From the NCBI GenBank assembly GCA_963663405.2, contig CAXXSM010000004.1, positions 1 to 64,000 on the forward strand: a stretch of DNA of 64,000 bases, read 5' to 3'. Within the stretch, counting starts at the first letter, position 1; every line of letters begins with the position of its first letter. Origin of the DNA: a bacterium (GTDB lineage: Bacteria; Hinthialibacterota; Hinthialibacteria; Hinthialibacterales; Hinthialibacteraceae). The notes beneath the pieces were generated by a model. The model saw only the letters and a program-made list of their open reading frames with translations. It ran no database searches and was not told the DNA's origin. Shown piece after piece: positions 40,783 through 53,116 of the stretch. The position numbers and the translations under genes are program-made.

Positions 40783-43700
40783 ATGAATCATAGTCTTAAT
40801 TTCCCAATTGGACAACGTATAAATTTGCCTGGGCACTTCCCTGAGCCGGTCGTATTGGAATCCGTGCGCTCTATTGGAGCAGGTTACGAGTGCCGTATCC
40901 GCCTGATTGATGGCACTCCTGATGAAGCAATTCTCTCGCTTGAAGAAGCTACATCCATCTTCGGCAAGACAATTGAAATAGAAACAAAAGTAGCCACTGT
41001 GGATGCTGAAAGAATTCGTTTGCTTGTGGAATCTGCGCGAATACGCCTTGCTTATGCACATGACCGACAATTCGCTGTGAGTCTTTCTGGTATTCGAACA
41101 CTCCCTCACCAGATAGAGGCAGTCTACTTGAAGATGCTCCCTCAGCCCCGACTACGCTTTCTGTTGGCCGACGATCCTGGCGCAGGCAAGACTATCATGG
41201 CTGGACTGCTGATAAAAGAAATGAAACTCCGACAAGCCATTGATCGTATTCTAATTCTTTGTCCTGCTCCCCTCACAATACAGTGGCAGGACGAACTGCT
41301 GCGCTGGTTTGGTGAATCTTTTGATATAATTTTCTCTGCTGTTGATCAACAGCAGCTAGTGAATCCTTGGCAACGTTGTAACCAAGTCGTTTCTTCTCTT
41401 GATTACGCAAAACAGGATGATGTACGAGAGCGTGTCTGGCAGCAGAAATGGGATTTACTAATCATAGATGAAGCACACAAATGTAGTGCCCACACAAAAC
41501 ATTCTTCTACCCGTGGTGATGACACTGATAAGACCAAGCGTTACCAATTAGCTGAACGTCTTGCTGGGCAAGCTGATCATGTTTTACTACTCACAGCAAC
41601 TCCACATCATGGCGATGATGACCGCTTTGCTCATTTTATTCGGTTGCTAGACAGCGATCTATTTCCTGAACCACATCGCATGGCTGACAAATCAGGAGAA
41701 ATCCGCCGGGAGATTCTTCGGCTTGGACCGGAATGCCCTTGGGCGCTACGTCGCTTGAAAGAAGATCTCAGTGACATTCACGGACAGCGTCTCTTTCCCG
41801 ACCGCCATGCCCATACAATGACGTTCAAGTTAAATCGGGATGAATATCATCTTTATAAGGAAGTGACGGCTTTCATCAACCGTTTCCTTCCTCAAGCAAG
41901 TGGACGTAAAAAAGCGAGCGTTGCGCTTGCACGCACAGTCTTACAACGACGATTAGCTAGTTCAACTTATGCTATATGTGAATCAATCCGGCGTCGTCTC
42001 GAACGTCAGGATGATCTGCTGAAAGAACTAGAAGAATTACCCCCCAAACAACTAGCTAAGAGACTAGCTCAGTTACAAGGCCGTTTGGATGACATGGAGC
42101 AGGACGAAGATGACTTGGACGATGAGATCCGTGACAAACTTGTCGATGAGGTTACCGCCGCTGTCGAACTAGATCAGCTCCGCGCCGAAATTGCTGCGCT
42201 TCGTGATCTACACGCCCACGCAAAGCGCGTTCGAGATCATGCGCGCGATTCAAAACTCGCCGCCTTGAAAGAATGTCTTGAAAAAGCAGAATTTCAAGAA
42301 CTAACCGATGGCCGTGGGAAGTTACTTGTGTTCACTGAACACCGTGACACATTAACCTATATATGTGAAAAACTTAGGCAGTGGGGATATTCATCCTGCG
42401 ACATTCACGGCGGTATGAATCCGCACGATCGCAAAAGGGCTCAGGAGCAATTCCGAACCTTTAGTCAAATTTGTGTGGCCACAGAAGCGGCAGGTGAAGG
42501 AATCAACCTTCAATTCTGTCACCTTATGATCAATTACGATCTGCCTTGGAATCCAACTCGTCTAGAACAACGGCTTGGTCGAATTCACCGAATTGGGCAG
42601 GATCGGGATTGCCATGTATTTAACTTTGTTGCTAGTGATTCTGAAGAGGGGCAGCCTGTCATTGAGGGACGCATCCTGCATCGTTTATTAGAAAAGATGG
42701 ACCAGATGCGTGACGTCCTGGATGATCGCGTTTTTGATGTCATCGGTGAAGTCTTGTCACTGAATAATGTAAATCTACCGGATATGCTTCGTGAAGTGGC
42801 TCATGATCCCCGGCGATTGGATGAATATCTTGACTTGATTGAGCACCTAGATCCACAGAAATTGAAGACTTATGAAGAAGCAACCGGTATAGCTCTAGCA
42901 CGGGCGAACGTTGATTTTTCAGCTTTCCAACAGTCAAACGCGGAAGCTGAGGAGCGTCGCCTGATGCCTCGTTATGTTGAGCGACATTTCCTGGATAGTT
43001 GCAAAGAAATTGCTCTAAAGATTGAGCCTAGAGCCGATGGTTTATGGCGGATCCCTCATGTTTTAGCTGATCTACGCTCCGAGCGCCTTGAAGTTATCAG
43101 GAGACTTGGGAAATCTGAATCATCCTACCGAAAGGTTACGTTCCACAAAGAGCATCTTGACCAGGATCAGCACCTTGATGCTATTCTCCTTGGGCCAGGT
43201 CATCCGCTCTATGGAGCCGTTGATGAAAGGTTATCCGAAAAACTTTCAGATTGCCTAGGTAGTATCGCCGTCTATGTGGATACTATCGCGGATCTGCCAT
43301 ATCGTTTGCATTTTTTTGAGATGGCCATTCGAGGTCAAGGCACTAAAAGTGAACCTCTCACGCTGAACGCTGAACTTGTAGCTGTGCGTGAAGACCTACA
43401 AGAATCTCCTCCCAACTGCTTTTCCATCGTTCCTTCTGACTGTTTGCTTGATCTCCCCGCTCATCCTAGACCACCCGCCGAGATTGGGAAATTCGATTCC
43501 ACACCAGCGGCTGACTTCCTGAAGAGCACCTACCAGATGGAAGCGCGTGGCCGATGTCAAGATGAGCGACAACACTATGTAAAGGTCTGCCGAGACTATC
43601 TGATCCGCTCATTCGATGCCCGTATTCGGGCCGCTCAAGATAGGGTCATGAGTCTCCGCTCCCGCGAGGAGACTTCCCCGGAAGTTTCACTGGCGCGACA

Positions 43701-44298
43701 GCGCGCCGAAAACGATCTAGCCGATCTCGAACGAACACGTAAAGAGCGCTTGGAGGGACTTGAACGACTTAAAGTAGCGCGGCATGGACCGGTCCGTCAC
43801 ATAGCAACCGCTATCGTTTTCCCACCCGGCGCGGATATCGCCGAACTCCTAACCGAGGAGATTGATCCTGATATTCGACGTCGATCTGAATTGGCTGCAG
43901 AAGACATAACCATTGCGTTTGAGGAGTCTCGTGGTTGGGAATGCGAACGCGTCGGGCATCTCAAGATCGGTTTCGATATCCGTAGCATAGGACCGGCCGA
44001 TTCGCAAACCGGATACCGAGATCCTGTTACTGGTATTCGCCGTATTGAGGTAAAGGGAAGAATACAAGGGCAGCCCATAAGACTCACCACAAATGAGTGG
44101 TATAAAGCTGCACAGCTTGGCGATTCTTACTGGCTTTACGTCGTATGGAATCCACTTGACAATCCTGATCCCAAACCGCTACGCATTCAGAATCCGGTTA
44201 AACACCTTGATCATGCAAAGAAAGAAATCGTGGCGGCGCGCTATTTTGATATTCCGGCGGAGGCGGTGGAACAAGCAGCGAAACAGATGAATAGGTAG
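40783..44298 (+). CDS. SNF2-family helicase with C-terminal DUF3883 nuclease-like domain
   Basis: LADDPGAGKT, DEAH, LTATPH, EGINLQ, EQRLGRIHRIGQ; GFDI.S...IEVKG...LTTNEW. Confidence 0.92.
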   Translation: MNHSLNFPIGQRINLPGHFPEPVVLESVRSIGAGYECRIRLIDGTPDEAILSLEEATSIFGKTIEIETKVATVDAERIRLLVESARIRLAYAHDRQFAVSLSGIRTLPHQIEAVYLKMLPQPRLRFLLADDPGAGKTIMAGLLIKEMKLRQAIDRILILCPAPLTIQWQDELLRWFGESFDIIFSAVDQQQLVNPWQRCNQVVSSLDYAKQDDVRERVWQQKWDLLIIDEAHKCSAHTKHSSTRGDDTDKTKRYQLAERLAGQADHVLLLTATPHHGDDDRFAHFIRLLDSDLFPEPHRMADKSGEIRREILRLGPECPWALRRLKEDLSDIHGQRLFPDRHAHTMTFKLNRDEYHLYKEVTAFINRFLPQASGRKKASVALARTVLQRRLASSTYAICESIRRRLERQDDLLKELEELPPKQLAKRLAQLQGRLDDMEQDEDDLDDEIRDKLVDEVTAAVELDQLRAEIAALRDLHAHAKRVRDHARDSKLAALKECLEKAEFQELTDGRGKLLVFTEHRDTLTYICEKLRQWGYSSCDIHGGMNPHDRKRAQEQFRTFSQICVATEAAGEGINLQFCHLMINYDLPWNPTRLEQRLGRIHRIGQDRDCHVFNFVASDSEEGQPVIEGRILHRLLEKMDQMRDVLDDRVFDVIGEVLSLNNVNLPDMLREVAHDPRRLDEYLDLIEHLDPQKLKTYEEATGIALARANVDFSAFQQSNAEAEERRLMPRYVERHFLDSCKEIALKIEPRADGLWRIPHVLADLRSERLEVIRRLGKSESSYRKVTFHKEHLDQDQHLDAILLGPGHPLYGAVDERLSEKLSDCLGSIAVYVDTIADLPYRLHFFEMAIRGQGTKSEPLTLNAELVAVREDLQESPPNCFSIVPSDCLLDLPAHPRPPAEIGKFDSTPAADFLKSTYQMEARGRCQDERQHYVKVCRDYLIRSFDARIRAAQDRVMSLRSREETSPEVSLARQRAENDLADLERTRKERLEGLERLKVARHGPVRHIATAIVFPPGADIAELLTEEIDPDIRRRSELAAEDITIAFEESRGWECERVGHLKIGFDIRSIGPADSQTGYRDPVTGIRRIEVKGRIQGQPIRLTTNEWYKAAQLGDSYWLYVVWNPLDNPDPKPLRIQNPVKHLDHAKKEIVAARYFDIPAEAVEQAAKQMNR

Positions 44299-44308
44299 GT
44301 TTTAGATC

Positions 44309-46952
44309 ATGAAGAAGAAATCCGTATTCAAGACTGATTTCGAATGTAACTCGCATACTACTGATCCAGAATCTCTCTTCCGTGACCTGCGCGGTCGTTC
44401 GCCTGTAATCAGACACCTATGGTCGCATCAAGCCGACATTCTGAGGGCCTATTATAAAAATTTCAAGAATTCAAAGGACGTGGCTATCGAACTCCCAACA
44501 GGCGCAGGAAAGACACTTGTCGGATTACTCGTCGCCGAATTTCGACGACAAGCCGACAGTGAAAGGGTCGCCTATCTGTGTCCGACACGCCAGCTCGCAC
44601 GACAAGTTGGCACACAAGCGGCCATGTATGGTATCAGAGCACACGTTCTCATAGGGAAACAAAAAGATTACCCAAAGAAAGAAATTAGCGAATTCCAATC
44701 CAGCAAAGCAATTGCAATTACTACCTACAGCGCTATCTTCAACTCTAATCCGCGCATCAATGATGCACAGGCGCTCATCCTGGACGATGCCCACTCTAGT
44801 GAGAATTACATCGCATATATGTGGTCTGTTGAGATTAATAGAAGCGATAACGAGAGTCTCTATAAGGATATAATTGGACTATTTAAAGAAGGATTACCAG
44901 ACTCCTTTTACGCTGATATTTACAATGTAGATGATACTGATAGACGAAGATCAGATTTGATTGAGCTCGTACCTGGTATGTATGTCAGGAATTATGTCTC
45001 CGCCCTTCGAGATTTACTCGATAACGGTATAGAAGAGGATACGTCATCATGGTATGCATGGGAAATTGTGAAGAAACACTTACACGCTTGCGGTGTTTTT
45101 ATTTCGTTTAACTCGGTTTTGATTCGTCCGTTTATTCCACCTACTCTCACTCACTCCGCATTTACTCATGCAAACCAAAGAGTCTACATGTCCGCCACCC
45201 TTGGCGCTGGAGGTGAACTAGAGCGTATCACAGGAGTAAACTCTATTAAACGGTTGTCTATACCTCCCGGTTGGGATAAGCGCGGTAGTGGGCGGCGTCT
45301 ATTCCTTGTTCCACAAGTATCGTTGTCTGATGAGGAGGCAATGGAAATTATAAAGGGCGCTGTCACCGTTGTCGATAGAAGCCTTATACTCACTCCCAAT
45401 TATTATGAATCGGAACCATTTATCAGTGAATTGAAAAGAAAAGACCAAACTATTCTTGGGGCGAAAGACATCGAAGATTCGATCGATTCGTTTTCAAGCA
45501 AGAAGAATGCTGTTCTAATTCTATCTCGCTATGACGGCTTAGACCTTCCTGATGAAGCGTGTAGATTGCTAATCATCGGTGGATTGCCCAGCGGGATGAA
45601 CCTTCAGGAGAAATTCTTATGGTCCAGAATCGCAGCATTCTCATTGCTGCGAGACCGTATACTCACACGATTTACACAAGGCGTGGGGCGTTGTACCCGT
45701 TCTGATAACGATTTCTCTGTGATCTTCGTATTAGGTCGTCCTATGGTAGATTTCATTCTTAAGCAGGAAAACCGACGCATCCTCCACCCGGAACTTCAGG
45801 CGGAACTTAAGTTCGGAATCGAAAATAGTAGGGATAAGGAATCTGACGATTTTATGCAACTCTTGCAGGAATTTATAGAACAAGGTGACGATTGGAAGGA
45901 AGCTGAGGGAGCGATCGTCAACCTACGAGAGCAAAGTTCTCGGTATGCCGATCCCATTTCGGAACGACTGTCCTCTATAGTCAGTGATGAGGTGTCTTAC
46001 CAGTACGCGCTGTGGAATGGTAATTACGAAGACGCCTTGGTCTCAGCCCAAACTGTTGCAGACGCCCTAGGTGGCGATGAAACTAAGGGCTATAGAGGCT
46101 GGTGGTATTACCTTACAGCTGACGTTGCCCTGGCACTTCACGAAACAACTGGAGAAGACAATTTCCTTAATAAAGCCAAAGACTGTCTCAAGCGAGCGGG
46201 TAAGTGTTGCTCCGCAATTAGCTGGTTTGCCCGTTTAATCGCGATTGGCTTCCGAAACTACTGATGCGATCGAGATAGATGAAATCACGGCTCTCGCCAT
46301 TGAGAATATACGCGCAAAATTAACTGAATGGGGTACAACAGGAGAACAATTTGAGAGAATAATCTCTCAAACAATTAAAGACCTTCAGGCAAAAGAACAC
46401 AAGCAATTCCACTGCGGTTTGAAATCGCTTGGAGAAATGCTTGGTTTCAACGCTGAGGTACCTAATGGTACCGGTGATCCAGATTGTGTGTGGTCAATCG
46501 GAAGCGATATCCACATAGTTCATGAAGCAAAATCCGACCACACGCCTAATGATCCTATAGGGATCAATGATATACGGCAGGCCCAAAGCCATGAGGCATG
46601 GGTGCGAGAACATTGCACATGTAACAAAGAAACACAGATTTTACCAACCATTGTAAGTCCTCGGACTATAGTAGACGAGAAGGCTCTAGTATACGCCAAT
46701 TCTCTCACACATTTTCTTCCGACGCAGATGAAGGTTATCTTTGAAGAGATCACGAATGTGATCCGTCGAGTGCGCGCCAGCGCTCCCAGCATGAGTGATG
46801 AGAAGATAATGGAAAGATTGTATCGTGATGTTAAGACCGAAAAACTGACACCGCACGACATCTTAAAACGTCTATCCACGGAGCCTGTAAAGAAAATGAC
46901 TTCAGAAAAAAAAACAGAAAGAATGCATTGTGACCAATGGAAAAAAGACTGA
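44309..46952 (+). CDS. DEAD/DEAH (DinG-type) helicase with C-terminal PD-(D/E)XK-like domain; +1 frameshift at ~46237
   Basis: LPTGAGKT, DDAH, MSAT, DGLDLPDEACR, QGVGRCTR; PDCVW...HEAK in 46245..46952. Confidence 0.8.
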
Positions 46953-49900
46953 TTGAAGATTACCTGCCGATCAAGGCGATCAGCGCTGAGGCGTCTCGTG
47001 AGAAATCCGTTCGCAAAGGGCATATCTCCACGCTTCATCTTTGGTGGGCGCGGCGGCCATTAGTGGCGTGCCGCGCTGCTGTTTATGGGGCGTTAGTACC
47101 CGCGTCACAGTTTGTACCAGAAAATGGGCCTGATAATAAGAAACAATCGCTTGGACGTGCAAACGCAGCGAAGTTCGTTACGGAACTCTGCAAGTATCCG
47201 GGAGCGCCACATACGATTCAGAAAGCGCAGTCTCACATTCTATCTGCCCATGCCGAACGCCTTACTCATGAATTGGTAAGGGCGAAAGAAACATCTGAGT
47301 GGCCAGGATGGGTTGAAGAATTCAAGTGGGATAGAGAAAAGGAGAAGGTTACGACTGAAGATATCGTAGAAGGCCGCGCCCCGCGTCCGCGTGTACTCGA
47401 TATGTTTGCGGGCGGCGGTGCGATTCCGTTGGAAGCGTTACGTCTTGGGTGTGAAGCGTACGCTCTCGATCTCAATCCCGTTGCGCACATTATTCAGCTG
47501 TGTACTCTCGTCTACCCGCAGAAATACGGTATGCCGGATCCGAATGCCCGTGGTATGACCGGCCCTAAAGGCGCTGATGGAAAGCCAACTTGGGGTGGTC
47601 TTGCGAATGAGGTCCGTTACTGGGGTAAATGGGTACTTAAAAAAGTCAAAGCCGAAATCGGCGACCTCTATCCTCTCATTCCAGATCCTGATTTCAAAGG
47701 CCAACGCGATGTAAACCCAGGGGAATTGTTCCAGATGGACAGTGAAAGGAGTAGTGCCACCTGGATACTTGATGCCCGTCGCTTATCTCTGGACGCGCAC
47801 GGTTAAATGCAAGAATCCATCATGTGGCGCTACTGTGCCATTGGTTAAAGCAGACTTGGCTCTGTAAGAAAAAGGGCCGATATGTCGCCATGAAGATGGT
47901 ACCGGAGATAAATTCAAAACTGGTTCGTTTTGAAATAATCGAAGTAGTGAATGAAAAGGAAATTGGATTTGATCCATCAGTTGGATCGAAGGGAGGAAAT
48001 GCTACTTGTCCTTTTTGTGGTACAGTTGCAGATAGCAACTATATAAAAGCGGAAGGTTGCGCTAAGCGAATCGGAGAACAAATGATGGCTGTCGCTTGCA
48101 TCAGTCTAAGAAAGAAAGGAAAGGTTTATCTGGATTTTGATCAGTCTGGTGTCATGTCTATCATTGAAAAAGTCAATAGTCGAATTTCTAAATTATGTGC
48201 TGAAAGCGGTATAACTGTACCTGAAGAAACGATCATTACTGATGCGAAAAATAGTTGTTGGACACACTTGTATGGTCTAACAAGTTTTGGAGAGCTGTTT
48301 ACTGACCGACAATTGCTTTGTTTACTTACGGTTGCAAATGCAATTCGAAAATCGGAACTACAAATAGGATACAATAGTAGTGAAGAGAAATGTAAAGCCA
48401 TTGTAACTTGCCTTGGTATAATTCTTGACCGTTTGGCAGATTTTAATTCAACAGGATGTACATGGAACTACACAGGTGGAAGAGGTGTGCTTCACACGAT
48501 GGCCCGTCAAGCAATCCCAATGACATGGGATTTTGCTGAGACAAATCCATTTAATCCCAATGGGGCAAGTTGGGTATCTGGCATTCAGGATGTACCACTT
48601 TCTTTTGATGAGGCATTAAAAACAGGAAAAGTTCCTGGACGTGTAATACGTGCAAACGCAACACATGTACCACTCGACTGTGGTGTTCTTGATGCCGTTA
48701 TTACTGATCCACCGTACTACGATAATGTTCCTTATGCGGATATTTCTGATTTCTTCTATGTTTGGCTTAAGCGAACAGTTTCTCATTTATATCCAGAGCA
48801 CTTTGCATCGATTGGAACCCCCAAAAAACCTGAGGCTGTTGCTGACGCAACAAGGCATAATGGTGATAAGAATCGTGCAACAAAAATGTACGAAGATATA
48901 ATGGCTCGTTCATTCCGAGAAGCTCATCGAGTATTAAAACCTGGAGGCCAGATGCTGGTTGTATATGCACACAAAACGACATTGGGATGGGCCACTCTCG
49001 TAGATGCTTTGAGATCATCAGGATTCATTGTGACTGAAGCATGGCCACTAGATACTGAGAGGAGCGGTAGGCTTCGTGCTATGAATTCAGCTGCTCTTGC
49101 ATCGAGTATTTTCCTTATTGCAAAAAAGCGGAGTGAGTTCGATGTGGGAAACTATGAAAGTGAAGTAATAAAAGAATTAGAAACTGTAATTTTAGAGCGG
49201 ATCGATACACTTTGGCATCAGGGGATTTCTGGTGCGGATCTTGTTATAGCGTGTGTTGGTGCCGGGCTTCGTACATTCACACGTTTCTCTAGGGTCGAAT
49301 ATGCTAATGGTGAAGAGGTCCCAGCAGAAAGATTCCTAGCAGAAGTTGAAACTGTTGTATTGGAGACAATACTAAATCGTTTGTCCAAAGAAATAGGAGG
49401 GAAAGGAAATCGTCAACACAGTTTGATGGGAATAGATCCAACTACACGTTTCTATATTTTATGGCGCTATACCTATCGTTGGTCTGAGCTAGACGCAGGA
49501 GAAGCTATTGTCTTTGCCAACGGTACGCATGTAGAACTTGAAGGTCAGGGCTCACTCTCCTCTGGGGCCTGCGCATTAGTCGAAAAGAAGAAAAGTAAGT
49601 ATCGATTGCGCGACTTTGAAGATCGAGGCGAGGACAAGAAACTTGGTTTGCCTATCGACGGAACAACCGCGCCACTCATCGATATCCTACACCGCTCTCT
49701 TTGGCTTATGGAGTATCGTCCCCACAAACTTACCGAGTTTCTACGAGATAGCCGAGTAAACCGCGAACAGATGCGTCTCGTGGCCCAAGCCCTAGCTGGT
49801 CCCGCTCTTAAAGGAAGTGAGATCGGGGATATCTCGCCAACTGGTGAATTAGCCGCTCTTGCCAAGATCACTGCAAACTGGAAAAGCGTTATTGAGGATG

Positions 49901-49977
49901 CCGCGCTGACACCACAAGAGCGAAAGGATCAACGTAGTGGTCAAAAGACCTTGTTCGAAAAAGAGGAGAGCCAATGA
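46937..49977 (+). CDS. DUF1156 adenine DNA methyltransferase; two +1 frameshifts (~47746, ~47848)
   Basis: LHLWWARRPL, DMFAGGGAIPLEA, TDPPYYD; linker PVAYLWTRTVKC.NP.C sits in the intermediate frame. Confidence 0.88.
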
Positions 49978-52877
49978 ATGCAACGATGATTAAGCCGTGG
50001 TTGGAAGTGGTCACTCTTCATCCTGATGTTCTATCGGACGAATTTTCCGAAGACATTTTTGCTCTGGATCTAGGACCATTAGCGGATGGCAATAAAAATG
50101 TGGCTGCAGTCTACCGTGATCCCGAGCATTTTTTCCGGGCATCGTATCTCACTACTGGCCTTAAGTCTCTCCTGAAGGACGTACTTTCACGCCTAAGTGG
50201 TGGCGTAGGCAACCGTGTGCTTAAACTGATTACACCATTCGGCGGCGGTAAATCGCACACGTTGGCGTCGCTCTTTCACGCTTCTAAAAACCGCCAGGCC
50301 CTCGATGTGATCCCAGAGGGCAAAGATCTTCCGAATTCCGGCAAGACAAACATTTGTGTCTTCGATGGCCAGTTTTACGATGCTACCAATGGCAAGAAGA
50401 TGCCTGGAACCGACAAGTACGCACGAACCTTGTGGGGATGGATGGCGTGGTCTCTCGGCGGACTAAAGGGCTACGAAATGTTGTGCAAACAAGACCAAGC
50501 ACGCGTCGCTCCTGGCGGTGATGAGATCCTGGAATTACTTAAGAACGGCCCGAACCTGATTCTTCTCGACGAAGTGCTCAACTATCTTATAAGCGCGGGT
50601 GGTTTGAAAATTGAGCAGACTACGCTCCGAGACGAAACCCTTACTTTCCTACAGCGACTTACCGTGGCTGTTGGCAATACTAATAATACTGCTCTAGTTT
50701 TTTCGCTTCAATCGAGTAAGAGAGAATCCTTAGAATACGTGAATCTTCTCCAAACCGTTGACCACTTAGCCGCTCGCAAAGACCAACGCCGTGAGCCAGT
50801 GGAAGGCAATGAGATCCTATCCGTCATCCAGCGTCGTCTTCTCGGCAAGATTCCCAACGAACCAGACGCTTCTCCCGCTGCGACAGCGTATCAAGAAATT
50901 TTCACACAGATGCGTAGAGCTTATGCTCAAAGCACAGCCGAGGGGAAACAGGCCGAAGAAGAAGGACTGGCTTTGCGGGATCGTGTGCGCGCGTCTTATC
51001 CCTTCCATCCCGCCCTGATTGACGTAATGCGGGAACGCTGGGCCGCGATTCCCGACTTCCAGCGCACACGTGGAGCTTTGCGTTTTCTTGCCGCATGCCT
51101 TCGTACGTCACACCGGGAAGGAAAGAGCAGAACTGTCCTTGGCCCAGGTGATGTGCCAATACATGACGCCGAAGTGCGACTTGCCTTCTTCAAGGAAGTT
51201 GGTCAACAGGCAGACTTCCAAGCGGTTCTGGAACACGATCTTATAGGAGCTAACGCTCGTGCGCGCCGAATTGATGACCGTCGTTCTAGGGAAACACCTT
51301 CAGAAGTGGGCAAACGTCATGCAATGCGGTTGGCCACAGCTATTCTCATGTATTCTTTCGGGGGTCTACGTCGTGAAGGCGCGAATGATATGTTGCCTCC
51401 GGGCATCAGCGAGTCGGAACTTCTCTCTGTCTGCGTTGGCCCTGATTTTGACAGTACAACTGCGCTTGCGTGCCTTAAGGAACTTAAGGAGCAGTGCCTT
51501 TATCTTCACTTCGATGGGGTGCGTTACTGCTTCAAGAAAGATCCTAATGTCACGCTTCTAGTCGAACAAGAAGCAAATTCCGTCGCTCGCAATGAGGATT
51601 ATGTCCGTGCGAAGATAAAGGAAATGTTGGAAGAGCGTCTAGCAGGTCACCATGAGGCTATTGTATGGCCTGTCAAAACGACTGATATTCCGAATGAGGA
51701 TCCAAGATTCTTAATTGCTTATCTACCCATTGAATTTAGTGGGCAACCAAAATCTGTGCAGTTTGAGAAGGCAAAGGAATTCTTTGAAAAGTACGGAGAT
51801 AAGCCGCGCAAACATCGAAACGGACTAGGGCTTGCAGTTCCATCCGATGATCAAATTGAGATACTACGACGATCTGTTCGCTATCTTTTAGCCATCGAAC
51901 AAGTCAAATCAAAGGCCAAGCAGCTTAACCTTACTGACGAGCAAAAGAGTCAATTGCGAGAACGGGAATCCACAGAAAAGGCAATCACAGAATCGGCGTT
52001 TCTTAAGTTATACACAGATGTATGGCTGCCTCGCACGGAATCGGGTGGCATAGACATTGATGCTGTATCGGTGGGTGGTCGTCCTCTTCAGACTACACTT
52101 AACGATAGGAAACAAGCTGCAATCCACGAGCGCGTAATGGAATTGCTTTCGGTCGTCCACAAGCGCCTTTTTGGAAGCCTCGCTCCAACAAAAATTTTGG
52201 AATTGTTCAAATTAGGTGAAGGAGATCAACCTCGTTATGGCATTCGATTATCAGAAGTTGTTGAAGGTTTCTACTCGTTTATCGGGTTTACTCGACTGAC
52301 TTCCCAGGATGTGATCCGTAAATCTGTTGCGCGTGGTGTCAAGGAAGGTATTGTTGGCTACGTATCCGGCATGGTCCCTGAACTTGAGGATAACGGTAAG
52401 TTTAAAATCGCACCGGAACGAATCAGATTTACGGTTAATGTTGCGGATGACGAAATCGATCTGGACACCGGATTCATCATGCTTCCGCATTCTGTACCGT
52501 TACCGAGTCCACAACAAGCCTGCCCGAAATGTGGTAAGTTCCCTTGCGAGTGTGTCGAACCACCAGCAGTCTGTCCCAAATGTGGACATATCCCATGCCA
52601 GTGCCAGAATCCTCAAGTTTGTTCGAATTGTGGCCAGTGGCCTTGCGTGTGTGAAATAATACCTCCCCCCATTCTGGAAACAGAGAAAGTGGTCCAAGTC
52701 TCATTCTCAGCCGATCGAAATGAGCTTTATACGGCCTGGAACGCTGTAGCGAATCTCGCAGATCTTGCTGGCAAGGTTAATATCACGATCCATGCAGAAT
52801 CAGTAGAAGGATTCGATAAGAGTAAACTTCAAAATGGTGTGATGGAGCCTCTTCGGGAGGCGGATTTAATAGAGTGA
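49974..52877 (+). CDS. DUF499 AAA-family ATPase
   Basis: TPFGGGKSH, LILLDE, SYPFHP, FQRTRGALR. Confidence 0.9.
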   Translation: MNATMIKPWLEVVTLHPDVLSDEFSEDIFALDLGPLADGNKNVAAVYRDPEHFFRASYLTTGLKSLLKDVLSRLSGGVGNRVLKLITPFGGGKSHTLASLFHASKNRQALDVIPEGKDLPNSGKTNICVFDGQFYDATNGKKMPGTDKYARTLWGWMAWSLGGLKGYEMLCKQDQARVAPGGDEILELLKNGPNLILLDEVLNYLISAGGLKIEQTTLRDETLTFLQRLTVAVGNTNNTALVFSLQSSKRESLEYVNLLQTVDHLAARKDQRREPVEGNEILSVIQRRLLGKIPNEPDASPAATAYQEIFTQMRRAYAQSTAEGKQAEEEGLALRDRVRASYPFHPALIDVMRERWAAIPDFQRTRGALRFLAACLRTSHREGKSRTVLGPGDVPIHDAEVRLAFFKEVGQQADFQAVLEHDLIGANARARRIDDRRSRETPSEVGKRHAMRLATAILMYSFGGLRREGANDMLPPGISESELLSVCVGPDFDSTTALACLKELKEQCLYLHFDGVRYCFKKDPNVTLLVEQEANSVARNEDYVRAKIKEMLEERLAGHHEAIVWPVKTTDIPNEDPRFLIAYLPIEFSGQPKSVQFEKAKEFFEKYGDKPRKHRNGLGLAVPSDDQIEILRRSVRYLLAIEQVKSKAKQLNLTDEQKSQLRERESTEKAITESAFLKLYTDVWLPRTESGGIDIDAVSVGGRPLQTTLNDRKQAAIHERVMELLSVVHKRLFGSLAPTKILELFKLGEGDQPRYGIRLSEVVEGFYSFIGFTRLTSQDVIRKSVARGVKEGIVGYVSGMVPELEDNGKFKIAPERIRFTVNVADDEIDLDTGFIMLPHSVPLPSPQQACPKCGKFPCECVEPPAVCPKCGHIPCQCQNPQVCSNCGQWPCVCEIIPPPILETEKVVQVSFSADRNELYTAWNAVANLADLAGKVNITIHAESVEGFDKSKLQNGVMEPLREADLIE

Positions 52878-52889
52878 ATACACCTTGCC

Positions 52890-53116
52890 GATTCCGGGGA
52901 AAGCAAACAAAAAAAATGGATGCAACTGTAAAATTCTTTGGGAAGAGAAAAGTTCTTCGAGATATTCTTCAATAGCCTGTTAGCGAACAACGCAGGCATC
53001 GCCCACAACACACCGCCTTGCGCCACATCCAATTCCGTCTCGAAACAAGTCGGGGCTTTCTCCAACTGCCCGATTGCCGCGCATACCCGCCCTGCCTTCC
53101 TAGTATTTTTTTGCCC
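52890..53116 (-). pseudogene. Transposase fragment
   Basis: DVAQGGVLWAMPALFANRLL...F.LPK.FY resembles an internal transposase segment (recalled). Confidence 0.5.
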
